Origin: Thermodesulfobacteriota bacterium
GTDB taxonomy: Bacteria; Desulfobacterota; Binatia; Bin18
Direction of reading: 5' to 3'
Length of the DNA stretch: 64,000 bases
NCBI GenBank assembly: GCA_964291405.2
Contig: OZ219926.1
Location: forward strand, 3,872,001-3,936,000
Shown here one piece after another: positions 29,516 through 41,644 of this stretch. The notes below the pieces were generated by a model. The model ran no database searches, had not been told where the DNA came from, and saw nothing but the letters and a program-made list of their open reading frames with translations. The first letter of the stretch is position 1; each line of letters begins with the position of its first letter. Position numbers and translations under genes: made by a program.

Positions 29516-29781
29516 GCGATCTGTCCGACACCCGCGTTACCGCTCTGGCTCGTTCGGCTTTACGGGCCATTGCCGCAGAAGGCAAGATTGTCAATGAAAG
29601 AGGGGCATTGATCGAGAGTAAACGGATATTGAGCTCTTATTTTCAGCAGGGAGACGCAATCGATGCGGCGGTGCGGCGAAAGATTCATTCTCTGTCGAGA
29701 AAAGTCGCCCCAGGAAGTACGGAATGGGATGTCCTGTATCGTCGGTATTTTGAAGAGGAGTCCCGAAAGCGAAAATTCTGA
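29512..29781 (+). CDS. DUF507 family protein
   Basis: C-terminal VRRKI.SLSR...PGS.EWDVLYRRYFEEE. Confidence 0.8.
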   Translation: MSDLSDTRVTALARSALRAIAAEGKIVNERGALIESKRILSSYFQQGDAIDAAVRRKIHSLSRKVAPGSTEWDVLYRRYFEEESRKRKF

Positions 29782-29791
29782 GCGCTGACGG

Positions 29792-29819
29792 TTGACAACA
29801 CCAGAAGAGTGATTATTTT
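29792..29819 (+). promoter_or_regulatory. Putative sigma70 promoter of groESL
   Basis: TTGACA-N16-TATTTT upstream of groES. Confidence 0.4.
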
Positions 29820-29904
29820 CCCCCCAGCCTGAGCGGGGGTGGAATCCCTCCCATAGAGAAGATTCACAGTTAAGGAAACACGTCTGAGAGAAAGGAGACG
29901 AGGT

Positions 29905-31886
<1,982 letters not shown>

Positions 31887-31909
31887 TCTCCCTACGTTGC
31901 ACAATCGTC

Positions 31910-31941
31910 AAAAAAGGCCCTACAAAAGTAGGGCCTTTTTT
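31910..31941. terminator. Bidirectional intrinsic terminator between convergent groEL and npdG
   Basis: aaaaaaggccctac-aaaa-gtagggcctttttt. Confidence 0.9.
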
Positions 31942-31969
31942 ATTGCTGGGGTGGGGAAATCGGACGGGT

Positions 31970-32623
31970 CTAATCTTCGGACAGCCCGGTGATCCGAATC
32001 CCGGCGGAATGCACTTTGTTCCGGATATTTAAACGAATAAGCAGAGCGGTAATCGGCTCTATCAAACTGGCGGCGGCCAGCGGGCCAACGTCAACCGTGT
32101 GAATACCCAGCTTCTCTACTAGCTCAATCACCGTTGGTCTGGCGTCCTTATCTCCACAGACCAGGACATCACAGTCAATTTCAGCGTTGACGTCACGCAA
32201 GAGGTGAGCGGAAATGTTTTGTAACGCACACACGACCTGGACTTCGTCGCCGAGGATTTGTTTCGCTTCTTCTGTCGCAGAGCCTGCTTCCGGCATGACT
32301 ACCCGCCGGGCGTTATCCGGGTCGAGCGGGACCGACACGTCCACAAAGATCTTTCCCTTAAGCTGATCTTTCACGGACTCTACCGTCTTAACGTGGGCGG
32401 AGTACGGTACGGTGATAAACACCACGTCGGCTGCGGCCGCGGCCGTGACATTATCCGTTCCGCGCAGGAGGTCCCGACCGAGTTCCTGATTGAGTTCGCT
32501 TGCTACGCGTTCTCCCTTTTCCTGTTGGCGTGAGCCGATAATGACCTCTTCTCCCGCGAGCGCCCAGCGCAGGGCCAGACCGGGGCCTTGTTCTCCAGTT
32601 CCTCCCAAAATGGCAATCTTCAC
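31970..32623 (-). CDS. npdG: NADPH-dependent F420 reductase
   Basis: VKIAILGGTGEQG.GLALRW, IGSR, ITVPY, VPL, GIRITGL; GTG start chosen downstream of the ORF-track start. Confidence 0.88.
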   Translation of the reverse strand: MKIAILGGTGEQGPGLALRWALAGEEVIIGSRQQEKGERVASELNQELGRDLLRGTDNVTAAAAADVVFITVPYSAHVKTVESVKDQLKGKIFVDVSVPLDPDNARRVVMPEAGSATEEAKQILGDEVQVVCALQNISAHLLRDVNAEIDCDVLVCGDKDARPTVIELVEKLGIHTVDVGPLAAASLIEPITALLIRLNIRNKVHSAGIRITGLSED

Positions 32624-32657
32624 GCGTTCTCTCCTCTCTTTCCTGTAGCTTGATTTT

Positions 32658-34313
32658 TTATTGGCTTCCGCCAACTGAGGCCTTGATATACTTTTCCGTG
32701 ACCGGCGATAAGTCACGCGGCGACACCATAACCTCAATGATGACAAAAGACGAGGTCCGGTCGGCTTCCAATAACGTCTGGCGCAGCTCTTGGACTGTCG
32801 CGGCCCGTAACCCCTTGCCGCCCCACTCTTGGGCCAGCGTGGCATAGGGCCACGGCGGAATGGTGAGCAAGTCCTGCCGTTCGGAAACCGGCCGAAAAAT
32901 ACCCCAGCCTCCGTTATTCATGACCAGGACAATAGGATTGAGTTTGTGACGGGGCGCGTGCGAGATCTCCGAGCCTGTCATCTGAAAAGCTCCGTCCCCA
33001 CACAACACAATCGGCCGCTGACCGGTCCCCAATTGAGCGCCGAGTGCACCGGGGACGCCAAAGCCCATCGAGGCATAATACCCTTGGGCGAGATAGCCAC
33101 CGCCTTGGCCAATTTTAATATCCAGCCCGGCGAACAGCATATCGCCCGCCTCAGCCACAACCATATAGCCTTCGCGCCCATCAAGGAATGTGTTGACTTC
33201 CCATAACATATCCGAGACCTGGATCGCCCGATCATCTCCGGGTGGCTGCGGAGCGAGATTGTCATAATAGGTAATCTCTTCCCGATGCAGCCTCAGCGGA
33301 GCCTGCAATAAAGACTGGACGTAATCCTCAATGGTGACCTCGGTATAGGTATGAAAGCTGACATGCACCTTATTCTCCGCGGCCCAGATCGAGTGGTGAC
33401 GGTCGATGTACTGCGGCTGTGAGCCCAGATTCATATCGGTCAGGAGGGAGCCCAGGTGGAGCACCAGGTCGGACTCCTCAATCCGTTTGCGGATGGGCGC
33501 CGGCGAGATGGCCCCAATATGGACGCCCATATACTGGGGATGATCCATGGGGAAGGCGCCCTTGGCCAAAACGGTCGTCAGGCAGGGCCCGCCGATCTTT
33601 TCGACCAGGGTAATGATATCGGTCGTGAGATGATGCCGGAACGTTTCAATACCAATGATAACGGCCGGTTTGCGGGCCTGATTGAGACGGGTAGTTGTCT
33701 CCCGGACCGATTCCTCAACCTTTTGAGTGTCGGACGGAGTTCGAGAAAAGCTGCCGTCCCACCCTCTGATCCGTACAGGGACACCAATCTCCTGCTCAAC
33801 CATATCCTGATGGATCTCGATATAGCCCGGTTGCTGATGCCGCCAGATATTCTGGACCACTTCGTCAATATCCGTTGCCGCGGTCCGTGGGTCGTCAATG
33901 ATTTTTGCGGCGCAGGTAATCTCCTGAAAAATATGGAATTGGGACTCAATCTCTCTGGCCTGGTGATGGACTAACACCCCGAGTTTGCGTTTCTCCTCAC
34001 CCGGCCCACCGCTGATGACCAGGACCGGCACTCGCTCGGAATATGAGCCAGCGACGCTATTCACAACATTATGTCCCCCGGCTCCATAGGTCACACACAG
34101 GACACCGATTTTTCCGGTGGCCCGCGCGTATCCATCGACGGCGAAGCCGGCACCCGGCTCATGCGAAGAGGTAATGACTCGTATATCGTGGGGCTGGCCG
34201 AACTTCATGAAAAGCTGAATGACCAGATCACCAGGAATCCCAAACAGGTGGGTCAGGCCAATCCTGCGCAAATACGCGACAAGATAATTCCCAAGTTGCA
34301 TCCGCGCTTCCAT
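32658..34313 (-). CDS. ThDP-dependent 2-oxo-acid (indolepyruvate/phenylpyruvate) decarboxylase
   Basis: FGIPGD, HEPGAGFA.DGYAR, VTYGAG, GDGAFQMTG...NN. Confidence 0.88.
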   Translation of the reverse strand: MEARMQLGNYLVAYLRRIGLTHLFGIPGDLVIQLFMKFGQPHDIRVITSSHEPGAGFAVDGYARATGKIGVLCVTYGAGGHNVVNSVAGSYSERVPVLVISGGPGEEKRKLGVLVHHQAREIESQFHIFQEITCAAKIIDDPRTAATDIDEVVQNIWRHQQPGYIEIHQDMVEQEIGVPVRIRGWDGSFSRTPSDTQKVEESVRETTTRLNQARKPAVIIGIETFRHHLTTDIITLVEKIGGPCLTTVLAKGAFPMDHPQYMGVHIGAISPAPIRKRIEESDLVLHLGSLLTDMNLGSQPQYIDRHHSIWAAENKVHVSFHTYTEVTIEDYVQSLLQAPLRLHREEITYYDNLAPQPPGDDRAIQVSDMLWEVNTFLDGREGYMVVAEAGDMLFAGLDIKIGQGGGYLAQGYYASMGFGVPGALGAQLGTGQRPIVLCGDGAFQMTGSEISHAPRHKLNPIVLVMNNGGWGIFRPVSERQDLLTIPPWPYATLAQEWGGKGLRAATVQELRQTLLEADRTSSFVIIEVMVSPRDLSPVTEKYIKASVGGSQ

Positions 34314-34380
34314 ACGCCCTCCCTGTGGATAGTGTAGCAGATTCCCGGCAAGAAAGGGTAATAACATACTTGCTGACTAG

Positions 34381-34918
<538 letters not shown>

Positions 34919-34938
34919 CCGGCGCCCGAACCACTTCG

Positions 34939-35151
34939 ATGCCGACCCTAGACTTCAAAGGCAAGCAGATCGTCTATGCCCATCACCTGACCGTTCCTTC
35001 CAGAACACTGGAGGCGGACGCCGAAAAGTCGCTCCCATCCAAAGACCACCACCAGCCCTCCCTTGACGACAACCTGATTATTCACGGCGACAACCTGCAC
35101 GCCCTCAAAGCGCTCATGCCGCGCTACGCCGGACGGGTGCACTGCATCTCT
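34939..35151 (+). pseudogene. 5' fragment of a type III R-M Mod (beta-class) methyltransferase
   Basis: MPTLDFKGK...DNLIIHGDNLHALKALMPRYAGRVHCI, cut just before the expected DPPY motif. Confidence 0.8.
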
Positions 35152-35304
35152 ATCTACACGGTGCGCTTTACCGAGCGGATTTATGTCCTGCACATGTTCC
35201 AAAAGAAAGCCAAGCAGGGAATCAAAACGCCAAAATAGGATATTGACCTCATAAAGCAACGACTCAAGGAAGCTGAGGCGTTACAGAAGGCAGGCGGAAA
35301 ATGA
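35152..35304 (+). pseudogene. 3' fragment of a HigB/RelE (Gp49-like) toxin with an internal amber stop
   Basis: IYTVRFTERIYVLHMFQKKAKQGIKTPK*DIDLIKQRLK; terminal TGA overlaps the antitoxin ATG. Confidence 0.8.
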
Positions 35305-35654
35305 CACGAACAAAGAGGTCAACGAACCCCACTGAATATGAGGAGAGTAGCGGCAATATATTTGCGGACATTGGTCTGCCCAACACAGAGGAACATTTGG
35401 CGAAGGCGGAACTCGCCTTTCAAATCTGTCAGATCATCCGGGAACGGAAGCTCACTCAGGTCAAAGCCGCCAAGCTGCTCGGTATCAAACAGCCGAATGT
35501 CTCTGCACTCATGAAAGGCCATTTGGATGGGTTCTCGGCTGAACGCTTGTTTCGCTTTCTCAATAAGCTGGATAAGTCGATCGAAATTGTCGTCAGGGAC
35601 AAGCCGCGTCAGTCCAAGCAGGCCGATGTACGTGTGGTGGTCGATGCTGCGTAG
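35301..35654 (+). CDS. XRE/HigA-like HTH antitoxin
   Basis: SSGNIFADIG, LTQ.KAA.LLGI.QP.VS.L, FS.ERL. Confidence 0.87.
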   Translation: MTRTKRSTNPTEYEESSGNIFADIGLPNTEEHLAKAELAFQICQIIRERKLTQVKAAKLLGIKQPNVSALMKGHLDGFSAERLFRFLNKLDKSIEIVVRDKPRQSKQADVRVVVDAA

Positions 35655-35773
35655 TGGTTTCTCCTGAGGAGGGCATGTAATGCCACGTCTGTTTGCAAGC
35701 GGAGAGGCGGAATGGCATCCAGCCCCGCCGTCCCGTCCCGGTTGGTTTCCACTCCGCTCACCGCCCGACTGAC

Positions 35774-35827
35774 TGGGAGTGCAGGCTTCCAGCCTGCTTC
35801 GGGGCGGGCAAGATGCCCGCGCTCCCA
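35774..35827. repeat. REP-like double hairpin
   Basis: tgggag-tgcaggcttccagcctgc...gcgggcaagatgcccgc-gctccca. Confidence 0.75.
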
Positions 35828-36251
35828 AGGAGGCCGGACGAAGCGGGGTGTCTCCGTCTCCTTACATCTTCCTCAAGCGGCCCTCAGGATCGACCCTCAG
35901 ATTTCATAAAACGTGAAATTTCATCCTGGATGAAAACCCGATCCGCACCCCCAATCCCCGCTGGATGCAGCCCCCAATCACCCCGCACAACGACCCCTCC
36001 TAACCCTTCCTGAAGCCCCATTTAAGGGGCCATTAAGACCCGAGATTGATATCAAAAACAGGTGAAATGAAGGTGAAATCGCGTGAAATTTTCAAGAACC
36101 TGGAGAAATGCCCTAAGTCCCGATGAATAAATGATTTTCGCCCGATTTTGGGCATTTCTCGCGTGAAATTTATCCAGTTTTTGAGGCAAAATGGTCCTTG
36201 AGTTTTGCAAAATTTTGGCCCTTGCGTTCTGCAATTTCACAGGAACGGCGC

Positions 36252-37154
36252 TTAGCCGAAAAACTCCTCGACATTACCGGAAACGACCGGCACACTCTGG
36301 ACGGCATTATTCCGAAAGACCCGGAACAGAACGGTCTCGCCAGCGGGTCGGCTCCAGAGTCGTTCATAAAAGGCGCGTCGGTCGGCTATTTCTTGCTCGT
36401 CGATAGCGAGAATTACATCCCCGGCTTTCAGCCCTGATTTGGCCCCTGGACCCTCGGGTAACAGGCCCGCGATAACAAGGTGTTCTTTGACCGTATATGA
36501 ATACATGCCGATCCAGGCGCGTGAGGGCCGGGTGACCCGCCGTCCATAGCGCAGGAGTTCGTCTCGATGTTCGGTGAAGTGTTCAACCGGAATAGCCAGA
36601 GAGAATTTTCCAATTTCATTGAGATTGAGGGAGACGACACCGACCATACGGCCGTGCATGTCGAACATGGGACCGCCGCCTAAGCCCGGATTCATAGCCG
36701 TACTCGTCAACGCTCGCTCCAGGCTATACTCCCAGTAGGCATCAAACTGGGAAACCGAGGTGAGTCCGCCGCCATTCACCCGTCGGCCGTTTTCTTCTCC
36801 CGCACTGGCGACCAGGAAAATCTCATCCCCCGCGTTCAGCGCGGTGGAAGGCTGAAGGGGGACAGCGGGAAAACCGGTTTGAGATATCTTTAACACGGCA
36901 ATACCGCTCGCAAAATCCTGCGCAACCACCTCAGCTTCGAGTTGGGTGTTATCAATCATGCTGACCTGAACCTGAGACGCACCAATAACGATGTAATTGA
37001 CGGTCAGAATATAGCCGTCCGGACTCACCACTGCCCCGGACCCCATACGCTCAGTGCCTAACAGTTGGGCAGAATGGTGCTGTGAGGGAACGGTGACCTG
37101 AATGGCAACCGTCGAAGGAACCACTTGTTCAATAAGCCTGACCGAAGCGTTCAC
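36252..37154 (-). CDS. HtrA-like S1C trypsin-fold + PDZ protein lacking the catalytic triad
   Basis: GSGAVV..DGYILTVNYIV, MNPGLGGGPM, C-terminal PDZ (GL..GDVI). Confidence 0.85.
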   Translation of the reverse strand: MNASVRLIEQVVPSTVAIQVTVPSQHHSAQLLGTERMGSGAVVSPDGYILTVNYIVIGASQVQVSMIDNTQLEAEVVAQDFASGIAVLKISQTGFPAVPLQPSTALNAGDEIFLVASAGEENGRRVNGGGLTSVSQFDAYWEYSLERALTSTAMNPGLGGGPMFDMHGRMVGVVSLNLNEIGKFSLAIPVEHFTEHRDELLRYGRRVTRPSRAWIGMYSYTVKEHLVIAGLLPEGPGAKSGLKAGDVILAIDEQEIADRRAFYERLWSRPAGETVLFRVFRNNAVQSVPVVSGNVEEFFG

Positions 37155-37349
37155 GCTGTCCCCTTTGAGTCTGCGGAGTCAACAATAACTAATGCCTCAC
37201 CTGTATGAAAGCAACCCCTCAAGACTCTGGCCTGCCGCCGCCTGCCCGAGCGGCCCTGCGTGTGCTAATATCCCGTACTTTTCAGGCACGTTCGCTTTGG
37301 CCATTATGGCGAGGCGCGGACACGACTGACCAGAAGGGGTAACCGTACC

Positions 37350-39539
37350 GTGATGAAACGTTCGACCGAGCCGCACACATCGACCCTGTCCGAGTATGAA
37401 TCAAAGCGTGTGATTGCCGGATACGGGGGTGTGATTTCTCGAGAAGTTCTTGTCCAGGACCCGTCCGAGGCAGGTCGTGCGGCAGCGGGGATTGGTTTTC
37501 CGGTTGTGGTGAAACTGTGCGGAGCGCGTATTGCTCACAAGACCGAACGTGACCTCGTCCGCCTCGGTCTTGATACGACCCAGGCTGTTGAGCGGGCGGC
37601 GCACGAGCTGTGGGCGCGACGTCGGGATGAAGATGGAGAAGTCAGTCTGCTCGTTGCTGAGATGGTTGCCGGGCAGAGAGAGTTGATCGCCGGTATGGTC
37701 CGTGACCCTCAATTCGGTCCGTGCGTCCTCCTGGGCCTTGGCGGCGTTCTGACCGAAGCGCTCGGCGATGTGGTCTTTGCCCTGGCACCGCTCTCTCACA
37801 CTCAAGCGAGAGCCATGGTTGAGGGGATGCGGTTCGAACATCTCGTTACCCAACCGTTTCGGGGCGAGGAGCCGGTTGATCTCGATGCCCTGGCCGATCT
37901 CCTGGTTGGGCTGGGCCGCCTGGCCGTCGAGCGACCTGACATTGAGAGCGTGGACGTGAACCCCCTGATCGTTGTCAACGGAAAACCCATTGCGGTTGAT
38001 GCCCTGGTCGTCACGAATCCGACGCCCCGCACCAGACCCACGGTTCAGCGGCGGGCCCCTGAAGATACCCTTAAACGCTTCCGCCCCCTGTTTCACCCGC
38101 GTGGTGTGATCGTTGCCGGGGCGTCCTCCCATCCAGGGAAATTCGGGTTTGTCTCTTTGCACAACCTCAGACGCTTCGGTTATCAAGGCGAAATCTTTCC
38201 AGTCAATCGTGACGGCGCGGAGATTCTCGGCCAACCCACCTATCGGACTGTAGAGGAGATTCCGCCGAATAAGGCCGACCTTGTCTTTGTGTGCACACCT
38301 GTTGCGGCCAATATCGAACTGCTGCGTTCCTGTGCCAAGATCGGCGTGCGGGCCGCCTTTGTCGCCAGTGGGGGCTATCGGGAGGCTGGAGAGGAGGGCC
38401 GCCGCCTGGAAAACGAACTGGTCGAAACCGCCGAGGAGCTTGGCCTGCTGCTGGCCGGGCCGAACGGCCAAGGGGTGATCTCGACGCCGGTATCGATGTG
38501 TGCCCAAATTGTAGCGCCGTATCCTCCGGCGGGCCGCCTGTCCGTTGTAAGTCAGAGCGGGAACCTGCTATCTGCCTTCCTGAACTACTCCGTCCAGACC
38601 GGAGTCGGCGTAAGTAAGGCTGTTTCTGCCGGTAACTCCGCCTACACGAATATCGCTGATTATCTGGAATATTTTGCGGCCGACCCGGAAACTGACGTCG
38701 TTCTTGCTTATCTCGAGGGCGTACCTGACGGTCCTCATTTCATTGACGCAGTCCGCGGTCTCACCCGGCGCAAGCCGTTGGTGTTGGTGAAAGGCGGCGC
38801 TGCGGCAGAGGGGCAGCGGGCGGCCTTATCGCATACCGGTTCGCTGGCGACGGACGACCGTGTCTTTGACGGGCTGTGCCGTCAGTTTGGCATATTGCGG
38901 GCGCCGACGATCGAGCATGCCTTTGAGTGGGCGGCGACCCTGGCGACCCAGCCGCTCCCGCAAGGCAGACGAGTCGTGGTCTTTACCACCGTTGGCGGCT
39001 GGGGGGTCCTGACCGCGGATGCCTGCGCCCAGGTCGGGCTCGACCTTATCCCCCTCCCCCAGGGCCTTATAGAGACGATTAGTACCCTGGTCCCGGCCCG
39101 CTGGAGCCACAATAATCCGATTGATCTGGCGGGCGGCGAGACTCGGGATACGGTTCCTCAAGTCCTTGACCTCGTCTGTGGCCACCCCGAGGTCGATGCG
39201 GTGCTGCATCTTGGTCTGGGTATCCAGGCCGCAACTGCTCACGGCTTTAAGGGTGGTGCATTCTATCCGGACTACGGCTTGGAGCGCATGGCCGGATTCC
39301 ATGAAAACCAAGAGCGACGCTATGCCGCAGCCGCGGCCGCAGCTTCAGGCCGGCATCAAAAACCCGTCCTCACGACCACCGAACTCGTCTATACTGCTGC
39401 GGAGTACGGTAATGTCGGCCCCCTCGCCGTCCGTGAAGCCGGGCGTGTGTGTTACCCAAGCGCCCACCGGGCGGTTGCCGCGCTCCGGGCTGCGATAGAG
39501 TATGCGGAATTTCGCCGGCGTTATGATACGACTGAATGA
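37350..39539 (+). CDS. NDP-forming acyl-CoA synthetase (acetate-CoA ligase family), ATP-grasp domain N-terminal
   Basis: HKTE, RDPQFGP, DVNPL, then GAS..PGK.G, GPN, SQSG, SHTGSL, NPID. Confidence 0.88.
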   Translation: MMKRSTEPHTSTLSEYESKRVIAGYGGVISREVLVQDPSEAGRAAAGIGFPVVVKLCGARIAHKTERDLVRLGLDTTQAVERAAHELWARRRDEDGEVSLLVAEMVAGQRELIAGMVRDPQFGPCVLLGLGGVLTEALGDVVFALAPLSHTQARAMVEGMRFEHLVTQPFRGEEPVDLDALADLLVGLGRLAVERPDIESVDVNPLIVVNGKPIAVDALVVTNPTPRTRPTVQRRAPEDTLKRFRPLFHPRGVIVAGASSHPGKFGFVSLHNLRRFGYQGEIFPVNRDGAEILGQPTYRTVEEIPPNKADLVFVCTPVAANIELLRSCAKIGVRAAFVASGGYREAGEEGRRLENELVETAEELGLLLAGPNGQGVISTPVSMCAQIVAPYPPAGRLSVVSQSGNLLSAFLNYSVQTGVGVSKAVSAGNSAYTNIADYLEYFAADPETDVVLAYLEGVPDGPHFIDAVRGLTRRKPLVLVKGGAAAEGQRAALSHTGSLATDDRVFDGLCRQFGILRAPTIEHAFEWAATLATQPLPQGRRVVVFTTVGGWGVLTADACAQVGLDLIPLPQGLIETISTLVPARWSHNNPIDLAGGETRDTVPQVLDLVCGHPEVDAVLHLGLGIQAATAHGFKGGAFYPDYGLERMAGFHENQERRYAAAAAAASGRHQKPVLTTTELVYTAAEYGNVGPLAVREAGRVCYPSAHRAVAALRAAIEYAEFRRRYDTTE

Positions 39540-39569
39540 CAAGCCGGAAAGAAGACACGGGAGGGAAGC

Positions 39570-40670
39570 ATGAGACCTGACTACACCGTCATTGATGCCG
39601 ATGGGCATGTCGATGAGAAGGCCGTCAATTGGGTTGACTTACTGCCCGAGCGCTATCACAAGGACGCGCCCTGTTGGGTGAGCTACCCCGACGGTCGCAA
39701 GCATCTGGTGGTTGAGGGCAAAATGTGGCCCAGTCGGCGTGATTTCTACGGCCGACTCGGCATGTGGCCCGAGCCCAAGAAGCCGGACCACCAATGGGGC
39801 TGGGATCGCGTGGGGATGCAGGACCCGCACAAGCGTATCCCCGATATGGACCTCGAAGGAATCGACATTGCCGTCCTGTTCGGGACCTTTATCGGTCTCG
39901 GCGCCGCCGCGTCAATTGAAGACCCCGGCCTGGGTATGGCCGTCTCCGTCGCCTATAACAACTGGCTGGCCGAATACTGCAAACCCTACGCGGACCGCCT
40001 TAAAGGCATCGCCATGATTCCCATGCAGGATCCCGAGGCGGCGCGGGGCGAAATCAGACGGACGGTCGAGCAACTGGGCATGGTCGGTGTCCAGGTCCTG
40101 ACGAATTTCGGTGGCAAGCTCCTGCACGAAGCCGAGTTCGACCCGATTTGGGAAGAAGCCCAGGGACTAGGAGTCCCCATTTGTGCGCATATCATCTCAA
40201 CCAACTCCGCAGGTGTCGATCGCTTTGATCGCTACGTGTTCAAGCACGCCTTTTATTCGCTCGACACCATGCTGGCCGTTGCCTCGTTTGCCTCCGGGGG
40301 AATCTTGGAACGATTCCCGAAGCTGAAAGTGGCCTTTATGGAAGCCGGCGCCGGCTGGGTCCCATGGATGATGGATCGGCTCCACGAGCACTATGAGCTG
40401 CTGCCGCAGCAAATGCCCTGGCAGCAGCGCAGCCCTGAGGACTGGATTACGAGCGAGAACTGTTTTTTCGCGGTCGAGCCGGACGAAAAGACCATTCCGT
40501 TCGTGGCCCAGCTGATCGGAGAAGAGCGCCTGATCTACGCCTCGGACTACTCGCACTGGGACTGTATGTGCCCGGATTCGGTCAAAGCCATCTATGAGCG
40601 GACGGATATATCGGACGGGCTGAAGAAGAAAATCCTGAGTGAGAATGCCGCACGCTTATTCAACCTCTAA
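39570..40670 (+). CDS. Amidohydrolase_2 family protein
   Basis: IDADGH, DMDLEGID, YNNWL, EAGAGW, ASDYSHWD. Confidence 0.88.
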   Translation: MRPDYTVIDADGHVDEKAVNWVDLLPERYHKDAPCWVSYPDGRKHLVVEGKMWPSRRDFYGRLGMWPEPKKPDHQWGWDRVGMQDPHKRIPDMDLEGIDIAVLFGTFIGLGAAASIEDPGLGMAVSVAYNNWLAEYCKPYADRLKGIAMIPMQDPEAARGEIRRTVEQLGMVGVQVLTNFGGKLLHEAEFDPIWEEAQGLGVPICAHIISTNSAGVDRFDRYVFKHAFYSLDTMLAVASFASGGILERFPKLKVAFMEAGAGWVPWMMDRLHEHYELLPQQMPWQQRSPEDWITSENCFFAVEPDEKTIPFVAQLIGEERLIYASDYSHWDCMCPDSVKAIYERTDISDGLKKKILSENAARLFNL

Positions 40671-40684
40671 ACGCGGGTGACCCT

Positions 40685-41644
40685 ATGCATGACTACATCA
40701 CTCCCGCAGGCTGGCGAACAGGGATCGAGGAGGTTGCGCCGAAAGTCTACGCCTATATTCAGGCGTATGGGGAACTGGGCGTCAGTAATGCCGGCCTGCT
40801 ACTGGACCGTGAAGGAATCATGGCGATTGATGCCCTCATGGTTCCGTCCATGACTACCCGCTTTCTCGGGGCGATTAAGAAAGTGACGAGACGACCGGTC
40901 TCCCGGCTGATCAACACCCACCATCACGTCGATCACAGCGGCGGAAATTTTCTTTTTCGCGACGCCCAGGTCATCAGCCACACCTTCTGTCGTGACGAAC
41001 AGCTCCGGGAGGGCATACCTGTTAAACAGCTCCAGCAGCGCATTCCGCGCTTTGCCAAGGAGTTCTCCAAGCTCAAACCCAGGGTCCCGGACCTGACCTT
41101 TGAAGACCGGCTGGTCTTCCACCAGTCCGGACGCGACGTGGAACTGCGCCATCTCGGGCCGGCCCACACCTTTGGCGACGCCTTTGTCTATTTGCCCAAA
41201 GACAAGATTCTATTTGCCGGGGACCTGGCTTTTTACTATGTCACGCCCCTGGCCTTTCAAGGTCATGTCGGCAATTGGATCAAGGTTGCCGATCGGATTT
41301 TGAAGCTGGACGTGGACCTCATCGTGCCGGGGCACGGTCCGCTTGGCGGTAAAAAAGAACTGCGCGAAATGCGATCCTACCTCATGCTCATCCGGCGCGA
41401 GGCCAAGAAACGCTTTCAGCTCGGTATGAGCCCCGAAGAAGCCGCCCGCGACGTGAAGCTTGGCATCTACGCTCGCTGGCGCGAGCCCGAGCGGATTCTG
41501 CCCAACATCATGCGGCTCTACCAGGAGTTCCAGAACGAACTCGACCGCCCCATCGACCGGCAGCGTATGATGGACGGCATGCGCCAGCTTCGGGCCGAAC
41601 GCCACGGCCACGCCGCGGGTGAGCCGGATTGGTGCTGTACCTAA
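40685..41644 (+). CDS. Metallo-beta-lactamase fold protein (cyclase-like)
   Basis: NTHHHVDHSGGN, AHTFGD, FAGD, VPGHG. Confidence 0.88.
   Translation: MHDYITPAGWRTGIEEVAPKVYAYIQAYGELGVSNAGLLLDREGIMAIDALMVPSMTTRFLGAIKKVTRRPVSRLINTHHHVDHSGGNFLFRDAQVISHTFCRDEQLREGIPVKQLQQRIPRFAKEFSKLKPRVPDLTFEDRLVFHQSGRDVELRHLGPAHTFGDAFVYLPKDKILFAGDLAFYYVTPLAFQGHVGNWIKVADRILKLDVDLIVPGHGPLGGKKELREMRSYLMLIRREAKKRFQLGMSPEEAARDVKLGIYARWREPERILPNIMRLYQEFQNELDRPIDRQRMMDGMRQLRAERHGHAAGEPDWCCT

Noticed and set aside
29789-29815. CIRCE/HrcA operator upstream of groES
   Set aside because: Only a degenerate right half (GAGTGATTA) is present; there is no TTAGCACTC left arm.
31970-32845. N-terminally extended ORF-track versions (npdG 32845, STAND 6899, LLM 49862, MBL 55500, ccdA 60238)
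   Set aside because: The extensions overlap neighbouring genes or lack family-like sequence; downstream starts fit better.
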